Notes: generated from the sequence alone by a model not told the origin. Positions 49,239-58,998 are shown, counted from the first letter of the stretch. The stretch: 64,000 nt of DNA from Acidobacteriota bacterium (GCA_963666055.2 CAXWPH010000015.1:1632001-1696000), one strand, 5' to 3'. A program made the numbers and translations.

Positions 49239-49964
49239 ATGAGCCGACAGGCGGCGGGATTCACTCTGGTAGAGGTCAGCGTCATCGTCGTTGCCGTCCT
49301 GGTGGTGGTGTCGATCGTGCTCGTCAACGTCGCCGACTTCAATCGTCTGGCGCGGTTCGCGCGTGTGCAGGACAGCGTGACGCGCTTGTGCTCTGCCTTG
49401 GCGAGGCTGATTCTCGACACTGGCGAGCTGGTCTCACACGAGACGCATGACCCGAGCGCTGTTGCCGGTGGCCCGCCAGTGGGCCTGCTGATTGGCGACG
49501 GTCGCGCACCCACCCTAAATAGCCAATCACCCGGTGCGGCCGGCGCCCCCTGGCTGCTCGCCGAGGGCGAGCCATTTGAACAACGCGCTGACTACACAGG
49601 CGTCCCGCAGCGCTTTACTGTCGACAAGCTTGCCAATCATCTGGTGCACAACACGCCGTTAGGTGAGCCCAACCGGGGCTATCACACGCCCACGGACGGA
49701 ATTGTCTCCGACGACCTGTTCGCATGGCGGGGCCCATACATCAGCGGTCGCGTCGAGGCCGACCCATGGGGCAATCGCTACATGGCCAATGTGTTCAGCC
49801 TGTACGTGCCCCCGGCAGTTGACGGCGGCGGTTTTAAGAGCGCCGTTGTGTGCTACTCGGCTGGCGCCGATGAAGAAGTAGACACGGCCTTCAACCAGCC
49901 CACTGGTTGGTCTAGCGGTGACGATGACGTGAGCGCCTTCGTCGCCATCGGTGGCCGATTCTGA
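49239..49964 (+). CDS. Type IV pilin/pseudopilin-like protein
   Basis: Prepilin motif G|FTLVE plus hydrophobic helix; WRGPYI...DPWGNRY...SAGAD (GspG-like). Confidence 0.85.
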   Translation: MSRQAAGFTLVEVSVIVVAVLVVVSIVLVNVADFNRLARFARVQDSVTRLCSALARLILDTGELVSHETHDPSAVAGGPPVGLLIGDGRAPTLNSQSPGAAGAPWLLAEGEPFEQRADYTGVPQRFTVDKLANHLVHNTPLGEPNRGYHTPTDGIVSDDLFAWRGPYISGRVEADPWGNRYMANVFSLYVPPAVDGGGFKSAVVCYSAGADEEVDTAFNQPTGWSSGDDDVSAFVAIGGRF

Positions 49965-50122
49965 TGCAGTGCCCCGACAGACAGCACCCCAAGAGGGAGA
50001 CCCGAGCGTCACGCAGCCCTGCGTGAGGTGCCCGGGGGCGGGTTCCCTGGTCCGCCTCCGGCACCTCGCTCCCCGCGCCGAGTTCGCCAGTGCGGCGATT
50101 GCTACCAACGGTGCGATCACTG

Positions 50123-51364
50123 TCAGTGCGCGTGCCGCGTGGCGGCGCCCAGATGCTCGATGGCCTGGCTGAGTTGGTTGTCGTCGAGGTAAGGCGCCGG
50201 GCCGAGACGTAGTACGTCGGCGCGGCAGTCGGTGTGAACGCCGCGCTCGCCAAGGCGTCGGCTGAGCTTGGCGGCGTCTGCCGAGCGCAGCGCCAGGAAG
50301 CCACCCAGCTGGCTCAGCGGGGTGCGGCGATCGCGCGACACAATGTCGGGGTCGAGATCCAGCGCGTCGAAGGCGGTGGCCAGCAGACCGACCTGGTGCT
50401 GGCTAACTTCTCGCAAGAGCTCGGGCGCGAGGCCCACGCGCTCGAAGAAATCGAATACCTCGGCGGCCCGGTAGTGCGCTGTCGGATCGTAGGTGGCGCC
50501 GGCGAACCGTGCGGCACCGTGTGCGTACACGACCTTGCCGAGATCTGCCTCGCTGAGCGTGTCGAACTCGGCGAACCAGCCGGTGACTACCGGGCGCAGC
50601 GCACAGCTCGGTGGGAGGCGCAGAAAGCAGTTGCCCTCGCCCAGCTGGCAGTACTTGTAGCCGCCACCCACGATGAACGCGGTCTCAAGGCCGAGCCCGC
50701 GCACCGAGAAGGGGATCACGTTGAGCGCGTGGTAAACATCGACGAGCAGCTCGGTTCCCGAGCGCTCGCAGGCGGCGCACAGGTGCTCGAGATGCGGAAC
50801 ACGCTTGGCGCTTTGGAACATCACCTGGGAGACGGCCACCAGCGCGGTACGGTCGTCGATGGTGGCCGCGAGGCGCTCTGCCAGGGTCTCGATCGGCTCC
50901 GTCGCGAGCTTGACCACCTCAATCTGCTCCTCGGCGAGTCGATCGAGCTGTCGCCGCAAGGTGTGAAACTCGCCGTCCGTGGTGATGAGGCGCGGTCGCT
51001 GACGGAGAGGCAGTGCCGACAACAGACGCACCACTAACTCATGGGTGTTAGGGCCGAGCGCGATGGTGTCGTCGTCGTCGTCGAGAAGCTGTGCCCAGCC
51101 GTGACGCACGCGCTGCGCTTTGGCGAACGCCCGCTCCCATTTTTGATCGACAAGCTCGGCGGCATCGATCCACGCCTGGCGTTGACCGTCGAAACCGCAA
51201 TCGGGCCAGGCTTGGTGGGAGTGGCCGGTCAATAGAAGCCGCTCGGCTACCCGGAAGTGTTTGTAGTAGCCAGTCAGGGCGTTCGGGGTGGCGTAGAGCT
51301 GCGCGGCGTCGAGTGGCGCAGGAAGGGCCGGATCCTCGCTGCGTGCGGTTAAGACAGGCACCAC
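50123..51364 (-). CDS. kynU: Kynureninase (class V PLP enzyme)
   Basis: DVYHALNV, GGGYKYCQLGEG, TGWF, RFAGAT, LRLGPAP; directly downstream of TDO. Start uncertain. Confidence 0.75.
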   Translation of the reverse strand: MVPVLTARSEDPALPAPLDAAQLYATPNALTGYYKHFRVAERLLLTGHSHQAWPDCGFDGQRQAWIDAAELVDQKWERAFAKAQRVRHGWAQLLDDDDDTIALGPNTHELVVRLLSALPLRQRPRLITTDGEFHTLRRQLDRLAEEQIEVVKLATEPIETLAERLAATIDDRTALVAVSQVMFQSAKRVPHLEHLCAACERSGTELLVDVYHALNVIPFSVRGLGLETAFIVGGGYKYCQLGEGNCFLRLPPSCALRPVVTGWFAEFDTLSEADLGKVVYAHGAARFAGATYDPTAHYRAAEVFDFFERVGLAPELLREVSQHQVGLLATAFDALDLDPDIVSRDRRTPLSQLGGFLALRSADAAKLSRRLGERGVHTDCRADVLRLGPAPYLDDNQLSQAIEHLGAATRHAH

Positions 51365-51385
51365 ACTTTCACCACGGCCTGCTAG
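51362..51385. mobile_element. Right-end TIR type B fragment
   Basis: CACACTTTCACCACGGCCTGCTAG, identical to the right end of the full copies; overlaps the kynA stop. Confidence 0.85.
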
Positions 51386-52167
51386 AGCTCGCTGCGAATC
51401 GCCCACAAGTCCGGAAACAGCGGCTTGAAGAGCGTGGCTTGCAGGTACTCGGCTCCCGAGCTGCCACCGGTGCCACGCTTGGTACCTATGGTGCGCTGCA
51501 CCATCTTCACGTGTCGATAGCGCCATTCCTGGATGCCCTCGTCCAGGTCGACCAATCGCTCGCACACCTGGGACAAGGTCTGGTCGGTGCGGTAGATCTG
51601 AATGAGGTGCTCTTGCACCGCCTTGTTCTCCTGAGTCGGCCCAGGCGTTGTGTCTGAGCTTGCCTGAGTCGGCGCCTCCATCCCCTGATTGACGAGGAAG
51701 CTGACGAAGTAGTCCCAGAGGGACGGGGATCGCAGTCGCTCGGCCAGGCGTTGGTGCTCCGGCGATCCGTCGGCAAAGCGCTCGAGTGTGGCAGGTTGTT
51801 TCATGCCCAACGCAAACTCCAGCTCGCGAAACTGGCACGACTCGAAGCCGCTTGCCGAGGCCAGTCGATCCCGAAAACTCAGGAATTCGAGCGGCGTCAT
51901 AGTCTCCAGCACGTCGATCTGCGCCACCAGGGTCTTGAGGATCGTCAGTATCCGCTTGAGTGTTTGCAGCACGCCGGCGGAGTCGCCGGCCTTGAATCGA
52001 GCCCCCAGCCGATCGAGCTCGTGGAGCATTTGCTTGAACCACAGCTCGTATACCTGGTGGATGACGATGAAGAGCATCTCGTCGTGCTCGGGGCCATCCG
52101 ACTTCGGTTGCTGCAGAGACAGCAGCTCGTCGAGCTTCAGGTACTCCGCGTAGGCGCGCGAGCGCAC
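51382..52167 (-). CDS. kynA: Tryptophan 2,3-dioxygenase
   Basis: YLKLDELL, HDEMLFIVIHQVYELWFK, SGFES.QFR, WRYRH..MVQRTIG..GTGGSSG. Confidence 0.96.
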   Translation of the reverse strand: MRSRAYAEYLKLDELLSLQQPKSDGPEHDEMLFIVIHQVYELWFKQMLHELDRLGARFKAGDSAGVLQTLKRILTILKTLVAQIDVLETMTPLEFLSFRDRLASASGFESCQFRELEFALGMKQPATLERFADGSPEHQRLAERLRSPSLWDYFVSFLVNQGMEAPTQASSDTTPGPTQENKAVQEHLIQIYRTDQTLSQVCERLVDLDEGIQEWRYRHVKMVQRTIGTKRGTGGSSGAEYLQATLFKPLFPDLWAIRSEL

Positions 52168-52309
52168 GTAATGACTCCGCAGGCTGGAGGTGCCGTTGGC
52201 CAGTCGAGCCGCACCACTGTGGCGCCCAACCATGGCCGTATCTCGGCAGCTTAGCTCAACTTCGGGCAGGCTCGACCGTTCGCTTCCATTGTACGGGTCG
52301 TGGCGGCTC

Positions 52310-52315
52310 TATAAT
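52310..52315 (+). promoter_or_regulatory. -10 box TATAAT, probable leaderless promoter
   Basis: Consensus TATAAT 6 nt before ATG 52322; no SD sequence. Confidence 0.6.
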
Positions 52316-52321
52316 CGCGGC

Positions 52322-53104
52322 ATGCCGGTGCGCCGCCTTGCCGAAATGACCTGGGAGGAGGTGCGCGATCTCGAGCGAGACAATACCGTCATCGTCCTGC
52401 CGACCGGCGCGATTGAGGCTCATGGCCCCCATTTACCTCTGCAGACCGACGTCATCATCGCCTCGGCGATGGCACGGTCGGGTGCCGAGAAGATGGCTGC
52501 TGCGGGCTGGCTGCCGCTCCTGTTGCCAGCGATCACCTATACGGCCGCTCCGTTCGCTGAAGCATTTCCGGGCACCGTCTCGGTGACTCCGGCAGTGGCC
52601 GTTGCCACCATCGTCGAGGTGGCGCGGAGCTTCGCGCGCCATGGCTTCAGGTTCGTGGCGCTTGCCAACGCCCACTTCGATCCAGCACACGTGGCGACCA
52701 TTCACGGAGCGGTCGACACGTTGGCGACCGAGGCAGGTCTGACAACCGTCTTCCCCGACGTCACCAAGCGTCCCTGGGTTACGCGACTCACCGACGAGTT
52801 CAAGACGGGCGCCTGTCACGCCGGCCAATACGAGGGCTCCATAGTCCTCGCCGAGCGACCGGAGTTGGTTCGCAACGAGATACGCGCCACGCTCCCGGAC
52901 AATCCAGCCTCGCTATCGCAGGCGATCATCAACGGCGAGCGATCCTTCGAGGCGGCGGGAGGGGGGCGCGCCTACTTCGGCTATCCTGCTAACGCCACCG
53001 CCGAGGAGGGTCGCCAGACAGTGGATATTCTTGGGACGATCCTCTGTGAGGCGGTACTGGAGGTAGTCGACATTAGCAACCATGCACCGGACCGGACGAC
53101 ATGA
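52322..53104 (+). CDS. Creatininase-family amidohydrolase
   Basis: PTGAIEAHGPHLPLQTD, NAH, HAGQYE metal motifs. Confidence 0.9.
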   Translation: MPVRRLAEMTWEEVRDLERDNTVIVLPTGAIEAHGPHLPLQTDVIIASAMARSGAEKMAAAGWLPLLLPAITYTAAPFAEAFPGTVSVTPAVAVATIVEVARSFARHGFRFVALANAHFDPAHVATIHGAVDTLATEAGLTTVFPDVTKRPWVTRLTDEFKTGACHAGQYEGSIVLAERPELVRNEIRATLPDNPASLSQAIINGERSFEAAGGGRAYFGYPANATAEEGRQTVDILGTILCEAVLEVVDISNHAPDRTT

Positions 53105-53889
53105 CGACGAACGGCTCACTCGCTGGCAAGACGGCCTTGATCACCGGCGGCGGGCGCGGCATCGGCGCTGCGATCAGCGCAGTGCTCGCCGGTGCAAACG
53201 CGCACGTGTTGGTGGCAGCGCGCTCGGCGGATCAGGTCGAGAGGGTGGCCAGCGAGCTTCGCAACCGCGGGCTGCGCGCCGACGCCACCACCTGCGACGT
53301 CGCCAATCCGGAGAGCGTCGAAGCGCTGGCGCAGACCGCCGCCCTTCGGCTCGGCGCAGTCGACATCCTGGTGAACAACGCCGGCATCGCAAGCTCGGCG
53401 CCGCTGCACCACCAGACCCTGAAGGAATGGCGCCGGATTTTCGACATCAACGTCACCGGGACGTTCCTGTGCACCAAGGCGTTTGTCCCCGACATGGCAG
53501 CGCGCGGTTGGGGGCGAGTGGTCAACATCGGGTCGGTTCTGTCGCGCACCGGCGCCAAGTATGTTTCTGCCTACACGGCCTCGAAGCACGCGATGCTGGG
53601 TTTCACGCGCTGCATCGCGGCCGAGATGGCCAACCGCGGCGTCACGGTGAACGCGATCTGTCCCGGATACGTCGATACCGACATGGTCACGAACGCGATC
53701 GAAAACATCATGAGCAAGACTGGCATAAGCCGCGACGAAGCCAACGCATCGATCTTGCAGAGCACGCCGCAGCAGCGCCTCATCGAGCCCGACGAGGTCG
53801 CGCAGCTGGCCTTGTTCCTTTGCCAGGAGGCGGGGCGCAGTATCAATGGTCAGGACCTCGGAATCGATGGTGGAGATTTCATGGGATGA
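53101..53889 (+). CDS. Short-chain dehydrogenase/reductase
   Basis: TGGGRGIG, NNAG, YTASK, CPGYVDT. Confidence 0.95.
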   Translation: MTTNGSLAGKTALITGGGRGIGAAISAVLAGANAHVLVAARSADQVERVASELRNRGLRADATTCDVANPESVEALAQTAALRLGAVDILVNNAGIASSAPLHHQTLKEWRRIFDINVTGTFLCTKAFVPDMAARGWGRVVNIGSVLSRTGAKYVSAYTASKHAMLGFTRCIAAEMANRGVTVNAICPGYVDTDMVTNAIENIMSKTGISRDEANASILQSTPQQRLIEPDEVAQLALFLCQEAGRSINGQDLGIDGGDFMG

Positions 53890-54332
53890 GCTACCAAGTC
53901 ATCAACCCGGAGCAACTGGGGGCGCCGCGAGGCTGGAACAACGGCATGCTCGGACCGGCCGGGGGGCGCGTGCTCTTCGTCGCGGGACAGACGGCGCATG
54001 ACGGCAGTGGTGGCGTGCCAGACGCAGGGTTCGTGGAACAGTTTGGTCGAGCCCTCGACAACACCCTGGCGGTGGTGCGCGACGCTGGGGGCACACCGAG
54101 CGATATCGGTCGCATGACGGTGTTCGTCACCGACATCGAGGCCTACCGCGAGAGCTTGCCGGAGCTCGGCGAGCTTTGGCGGCCGCGCATGGGCGGTCAC
54201 TATCCGGCGATGGCGCTGATGGAGGTCAAGAGCCTGGTCGACGAACGGGCGCTGGTGGAGATCGAAGCGACAGCGGTGCTGCCGGAGCACACCTCGTTAC
54301 GAGGAGATGACAACGCGCCGGTTGTGACCTGA
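53886..54332 (+). CDS. RidA/YjgF family protein
   Basis: LFVAGQ, YPAMALMEV..LV...ALVEIEATAV; ATGA coupling with the SDR. Confidence 0.9.
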   Translation: MSYQVINPEQLGAPRGWNNGMLGPAGGRVLFVAGQTAHDGSGGVPDAGFVEQFGRALDNTLAVVRDAGGTPSDIGRMTVFVTDIEAYRESLPELGELWRPRMGGHYPAMALMEVKSLVDERALVEIEATAVLPEHTSLRGDDNAPVVT

Positions 54333-54346
54333 CTGAGACGAAAGCC

Positions 54347-55219
54347 ATGTCGATTGCACCCACGAGCTTCCTCTACGACCACGATCGCGGCACCGGCGTT
54401 GCCACGCTGATCCTGAATCGTCCAGACAAGCTGAACGCGATCACGTTCGAGGTCTACGACGAGCTTCGCCAGACGTTCCGGGCGCTCGACACCGAGCAAG
54501 ACGTGCGCGCAGTGGTGATCACCGGCCAGGGAAAGGCTTTCTGCTCGGGGGGCGACATCAACGACATCATCGGCCCGCTGTTGCACCGAGACCTCGACGA
54601 GCTACACGAGTTCACCGCCATGACCTGTGATCTCATCAGGGCAATGCGGTCGTGTCGCCGGCCCGTCGTCGCGGCGTTGAACGGTACGGCCGCCGGCGCC
54701 GGCGCGGCGATCGCCACGGCGTGCGACCTTCGCATCGCCGCGGAGTCGGCTCGTATCGCCTTCCTGTTCGCCAGGGTCGGCCTATCAGGGGCCGACATGG
54801 GCTCGTGCTGGATGCTGCCACGCATCGTGGGGTTGGGGCGGGCCGCTGAACTGCTGCTCACCGGGGAGTTCATCGACGCCGCCGAGGCATATCGAATCGG
54901 GCTCTATAACCACGTCGTCGCCGACGGCAGGGCGCTCGAGGTGGCGCTAAACGTGGCCGAGAAGCTGGCGTGCGGCCCATCTTACGCGCACGGCATCACC
55001 AAGGAGCACCTCGACCTCGAGGCCGACATGAGGCTCGACGATGCACTTGATCGCGAGGCCACCGTGCAGGCAGTGTGCATGCGCCACCCCGACTTTGATA
55101 GCGCTTACCAGGCGTTCGTCGAGCGGCGCGAGCCCGAGTTCAATACCTCGAACATCGATGACGCTGCCCCGGGGGCTCACCAGGAGGCCGGCCAACCAGA
55201 TCCGGCGGCCGACGCATGA
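54347..55219 (+). CDS. Enoyl-CoA hydratase/isomerase
   Basis: LNRPDKLNA, AFCSGGD, AAGAG, GLSGADMG. Confidence 0.92.
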   Translation: MSIAPTSFLYDHDRGTGVATLILNRPDKLNAITFEVYDELRQTFRALDTEQDVRAVVITGQGKAFCSGGDINDIIGPLLHRDLDELHEFTAMTCDLIRAMRSCRRPVVAALNGTAAGAGAAIATACDLRIAAESARIAFLFARVGLSGADMGSCWMLPRIVGLGRAAELLLTGEFIDAAEAYRIGLYNHVVADGRALEVALNVAEKLACGPSYAHGITKEHLDLEADMRLDDALDREATVQAVCMRHPDFDSAYQAFVERREPEFNTSNIDDAAPGAHQEAGQPDPAADA

Positions 55220-55334
55220 CAGATGTAGGCGTCTATGTCGACCCGCGCGAGGTAGAGTTTCTGGAGGAGTTCCCCCGCACCATCTCGGCAAGATCGATCG
55301 CGGTGCGATCAAGCGGTGCGGGTAGCCGGAGAGT

Positions 55335-56387
55335 GTGATGCCCAAGGGGCTACGTACCGTATTGGTGGTCGTTTCGGCGCTGGCCCTGGTTTCGTTCGCG
55401 CTCCTGCTGATCAACCAGACTGCGGGCGTCGTAGCGCTGGCGGAGGCCTTCCGGCCGGGCCTGGGGCAGGGAGTGCTCTGGGGGCTGGTGGGCATCTACA
55501 CCGTGCTGGTAATCATGCCGCTGGTGTTGTTCGTGCGGCTGCGCAAGCCTCTGGTGGCGCCCGCCTCGACCGAGGGGCCGGAATACGAAGCGTACCTGCG
55601 GCTGCTCGCGGCGCGACTGTCCGCAAGCTCGCATGCAGCGGGTCGCTCGCTCGAAACAGCCGACCAGATCGAGGTGGTGCTCGCGGAGATCGGCAAACGC
55701 GCCGATGCTCTGGTCAAGGCGCACGCCGGGCGGGTGTTCCTTGCCACCGCGGTATCGCAGAGCGGGCGGCTCGACGCCTTCATGGTGCTCGGCATCCAAA
55801 TGCAAATGGTCTGGCAGTTGGCGCACCTGTACGCGCAGCGCCCGACCATTCGTGAGCTGCTCCATCTGTATGCCAACGTGGCGGCGACCGCCTTCGTGGC
55901 CGGTTCGCTCGAGGACATTGACGTCAGCGAGCAAGTGGCGCCGATTCTGTCTGCGGCGCTGCCCACGATCGCGGCCGAGGTACCCGGACTACGTCTCGCG
56001 GCCGGGTTGGTGGCCAACTCAATCGTTACCGGCAGCGCCAACGCGTTCCTGACCCTGCGCGTGGGAATGGTGGCCAAGCGGTACTGCGCACCGCTGGTGG
56101 CGCAAGAGCGTGGAGTCGTTCGGCGTGCCGCAGTGACCCAGGCCACACGGCTGCTCGGCGAGGTCGTCGCGAGCGGCAGTACCAAGGTGTCCAAGGCAAT
56201 CTGGGATGCGTCGCGGCGGGGAGTGAGCGCCACTGTCTCGGGCGTTGCCGGATTGGCGAAGGACGCCGGCGGTACCGTCGCCGGCCTTGCCAAGGGAGCG
56301 GGCCAAGCTGTCGCCGGCCTCGCCAAGGGCGCCGGCGAGACGGCGTTCTCGGCCGCCCGGCGAACCGGAAAACGGCACGAATCGTAG
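55335..56387 (+). CDS. DUF697/YcjF-like membrane protein
   Basis: Two TM helices; TAVSQSGRLD, YAQRP, GSANAFLTLRVG. Confidence 0.7.
   Translation: MMPKGLRTVLVVVSALALVSFALLLINQTAGVVALAEAFRPGLGQGVLWGLVGIYTVLVIMPLVLFVRLRKPLVAPASTEGPEYEAYLRLLAARLSASSHAAGRSLETADQIEVVLAEIGKRADALVKAHAGRVFLATAVSQSGRLDAFMVLGIQMQMVWQLAHLYAQRPTIRELLHLYANVAATAFVAGSLEDIDVSEQVAPILSAALPTIAAEVPGLRLAAGLVANSIVTGSANAFLTLRVGMVAKRYCAPLVAQERGVVRRAAVTQATRLLGEVVASGSTKVSKAIWDASRRGVSATVSGVAGLAKDAGGTVAGLAKGAGQAVAGLAKGAGETAFSAARRTGKRHES
56244..56342 (+). repeat. Three degenerate 33-bp coding repeats (VAGLAKxAGxx)
   Basis: VAGLAKDAGGT / VAGLAKGAGQA / VAGLAKGAGET. Confidence 0.85.
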
Positions 56388-56484
56388 GGCGCAGGTGCTC
56401 CCGCCAGCGATTGGGGAGTTCGCATGGCACAGCCTACGCCCGCAATACTTCCACCACGTCGTGCGAGTGTCCGGAGTCAGGCCT

Positions 56485-57543
56485 CTAGCCCGCCACCGTT
56501 CCACAGACGCTCGGTGACGGAAGCTCGGCCGACCCAGGTGCGAAAGGCCCTCCGGTGAAGCCGAGGTTGTTCCGCGTACCGTCGAGGTCGTTGCACGCCG
56601 TGGCAGGGTCGCCGCGATCCAGCGCCTTGCCGGTTCCCGCCAGCTCGAAGTCGCTGTAACGAGCCGCGTCGGCACTGGCCGGCGGGCGGGCCGCGAAGTT
56701 CGGGTTGCCGTCGACGTTGTGCCCTACCAGCGGGTCGGGTCGTTGGCTCTGAAGGAGGCGGATCTTCTTCCAGTCGCGCCCGTCGCGCAGAATTGCCGCC
56801 ACCGTATTGCGGTGGAAACCGTTGTAGTGGATTGATGCCCGGCCATCACTGAAGTCACAGATGCCGCGCCCGCGGCGGTTTCCGCCCGACTGTGAACCGT
56901 TCCATGCCAGCACGTTGTTGCGGATGACCGGCGCGCCACCGTGGGAGATCAGGGCGTTGCTGTCGGTGCGCACGATGGTGTTGTTGATCACCCAAGGCGA
57001 GGCCCCGACGATCTCCACCGCATGCGGATCGCCGCCGTCGTTGGTGTTGTAGATGATCAGGTTGTTGTAGATGAGCGGGCTGGCGTTGCCGCCGATGTAG
57101 ATTCCGCTTCCCTGCAGCGCGGCGCGGTTCTGCGTGACGATCGTGCGTACCACCGTCGGGCTGGCACCGCGAATGTAGATGCCTCCGCCGCGGCTGGCGA
57201 CGCCGCCCGTTATCACCACGGAGTCCAGCACACTGCCCGGTCCCTCTCGACTCGAGAAGCGCACCACAGGACCGCGCCCGGTGCCCCGGATAACGGTGGC
57301 CTCGCCGGCGCCGACAATCCGGATCGCCTTGCCGCGGAAGTCGATGCGCTCGCCGTAGTCGCCGGCCGCCAGCTCGATCACGTCGCCATCGACGGCCCTA
57401 TCGATGGCCGCCTGAATCGACTCTTCCGGCGCCACCTGAATCGTGTCGCCACGCCGATCGATACTTGTCAGCTGGGGGTGTGCGGTCGTCGCCATGCTCG
57501 CGAGCGCGGCGAGTACCACTACACGGCGCAGCGTCGGCCGCAT
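56485..57543 (-). CDS. Secreted right-handed parallel beta-helix protein
   Basis: SIQAAID..GD.I....G.Y.E.IDF.GK, GGGIY, NN-rich coils, DLDGTRNNLG. Confidence 0.8.
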   Translation of the reverse strand: MRPTLRRVVVLAALASMATTAHPQLTSIDRRGDTIQVAPEESIQAAIDRAVDGDVIELAAGDYGERIDFRGKAIRIVGAGEATVIRGTGRGPVVRFSSREGPGSVLDSVVITGGVASRGGGIYIRGASPTVVRTIVTQNRAALQGSGIYIGGNASPLIYNNLIIYNTNDGGDPHAVEIVGASPWVINNTIVRTDSNALISHGGAPVIRNNVLAWNGSQSGGNRRGRGICDFSDGRASIHYNGFHRNTVAAILRDGRDWKKIRLLQSQRPDPLVGHNVDGNPNFAARPPASADAARYSDFELAGTGKALDRGDPATACNDLDGTRNNLGFTGGPFAPGSAELPSPSVCGTVAG

Positions 57544-57774
57544 CGATGTTTCCTCGATCGGTGGCGCGCTCATCGCACGGTGGGCTGATCTCGTGAGTAT
57601 GCTATCCGATTCTGGCTACGCCGGGCGGTTGCTCGGGTCTGAATATACGGGTCACGCGCAGGGCCACGCAGTCGAAAGATGCGGCCCGCGTGTCCAAAAA
57701 GATGCGACCTGCGCGTCCAATAGGAGACAATAGGCACTCCCTGCTTCCCATCGGGTCTGGAGCGCGAATCATCG

Positions 57775-58998
57775 ATGCGCGATCACCGATACCGCACGCC
57801 TTGCGGCGTGCTGGCAACTGTCATGCTGCTGCCGTGGCTGGCCGGCTGTTCTGGTGAGCGGGTCGCGGTTGCCGATCCGTCAATCCCGGAAGCGCTCGCC
57901 GCCGCAGAGGACATGGTTCGCGAGGGGACGTTCCGGCAGACGTTGTTGATGACCGGTGAGCTGAAAGCGGCGTACGGGGAGCAGGTGCAAATACCACGGC
58001 TGCCCAGCTGGGAGACGACGATCCGGTGGATGGTTGCGGACGGAGCGCTCGTTGCCGAGGGTGATCGATTGGTCGAGCTCAATACAGCGGAGATCGCCAG
58101 CGACCTGGAGAACAAGATCACCGCTCGCCAGACCGCGGCAAATCAGCTCGTTCGTCGTCAAGCCGAGCTCCAAGGGGAGACAGCACAGAAGGAGTTCGAT
58201 GTCGAGCGCAACCGAGTGGCGATGCGTAAGGCCGAGATCGAAGCGCAGGTTCCCGAGGAAGTTCAGACGCGCAAGACCTACCAGGAAAAACAGCTCGCCT
58301 ACGAGCAGGCGCTGGTTGCCTACGAGAAGGCGATGGTCGACATGCAGGGGCATCTGGAAGCCGCCGAGGCCGAGCTCGATGTGCTCCGTATCGACATCGT
58401 CCAGAGCGAGCGCGAAGTAGCGGTGGCACGCCGGGCCATCGAGGCCATGCTGCTGCGGTCCCCCCAGTCGGGAATCGCGGTGGTGCTCGAGAATCGTCGC
58501 GAGGATCGTAAGTTCCAGGTCGGCGATACGGTCTGGGTGAGCGCCGCGATCCTCGAGATCCCCGACCTGTCCGAGATGGTTGTCGAAGCTCGGCTGTCCG
58601 ATGTCGATGATGGCAAGATCACGCTCGGTATGCGCGCCGGGTGCACGCTGGATGCGTACCCGGCACGGACCATCGGTGGGGTCGTGCGCGCCATCGCCCC
58701 GATCGCCACCGCTGGAGGGCGGCGGTCGATGCAGCGATTCTTCATCGTCGAGCTCGACCTCGACGAATCCGACCCGGAGCTCATGCGCCCCGGAATGTCG
58801 GTAAAGGTCGAAGTGGAAACCACACTCCGCGAGCGTGCCGTGCTCGTTTCTCGGCGGGCGCTCGAGTTCGAGGACGACGGCGCCTACGTGCTCCTGGCCG
58901 ACGCCGACCGCCAGCGCGTCCGGCTGGGGCCATGCAATGCGCAAGACTGTGTGCTCGAAGAGGGCCCGCCGTTGGGTACCCAGGTGAGCCTCCGCTGA
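57775..58998 (+). CDS. Periplasmic adaptor (MFP) 1, lipoprotein
   Basis: LAGC lipobox; coiled coil; LRSPQSG, MRPGMSVKV. Confidence 0.88.
   Translation: MRDHRYRTPCGVLATVMLLPWLAGCSGERVAVADPSIPEALAAAEDMVREGTFRQTLLMTGELKAAYGEQVQIPRLPSWETTIRWMVADGALVAEGDRLVELNTAEIASDLENKITARQTAANQLVRRQAELQGETAQKEFDVERNRVAMRKAEIEAQVPEEVQTRKTYQEKQLAYEQALVAYEKAMVDMQGHLEAAEAELDVLRIDIVQSEREVAVARRAIEAMLLRSPQSGIAVVLENRREDRKFQVGDTVWVSAAILEIPDLSEMVVEARLSDVDDGKITLGMRAGCTLDAYPARTIGGVVRAIAPIATAGGRRSMQRFFIVELDLDESDPELMRPGMSVKVEVETTLRERAVLVSRRALEFEDDGAYVLLADADRQRVRLGPCNAQDCVLEEGPPLGTQVSLR

Noticed and set aside
50123-52042. 639-aa ORF suggesting a long kynureninase fusion
   Set aside because: The N-terminal part overlaps kynA in another frame and is low-complexity; the real protein starts near 51364.
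57651-57720. c-di-GMP-I riboswitch (GTCACGCGCAGGGC..GAAA resemblance)
   Set aside because: Lacks the GCAAA motifs and the P3 stem with its tetraloop receptor.
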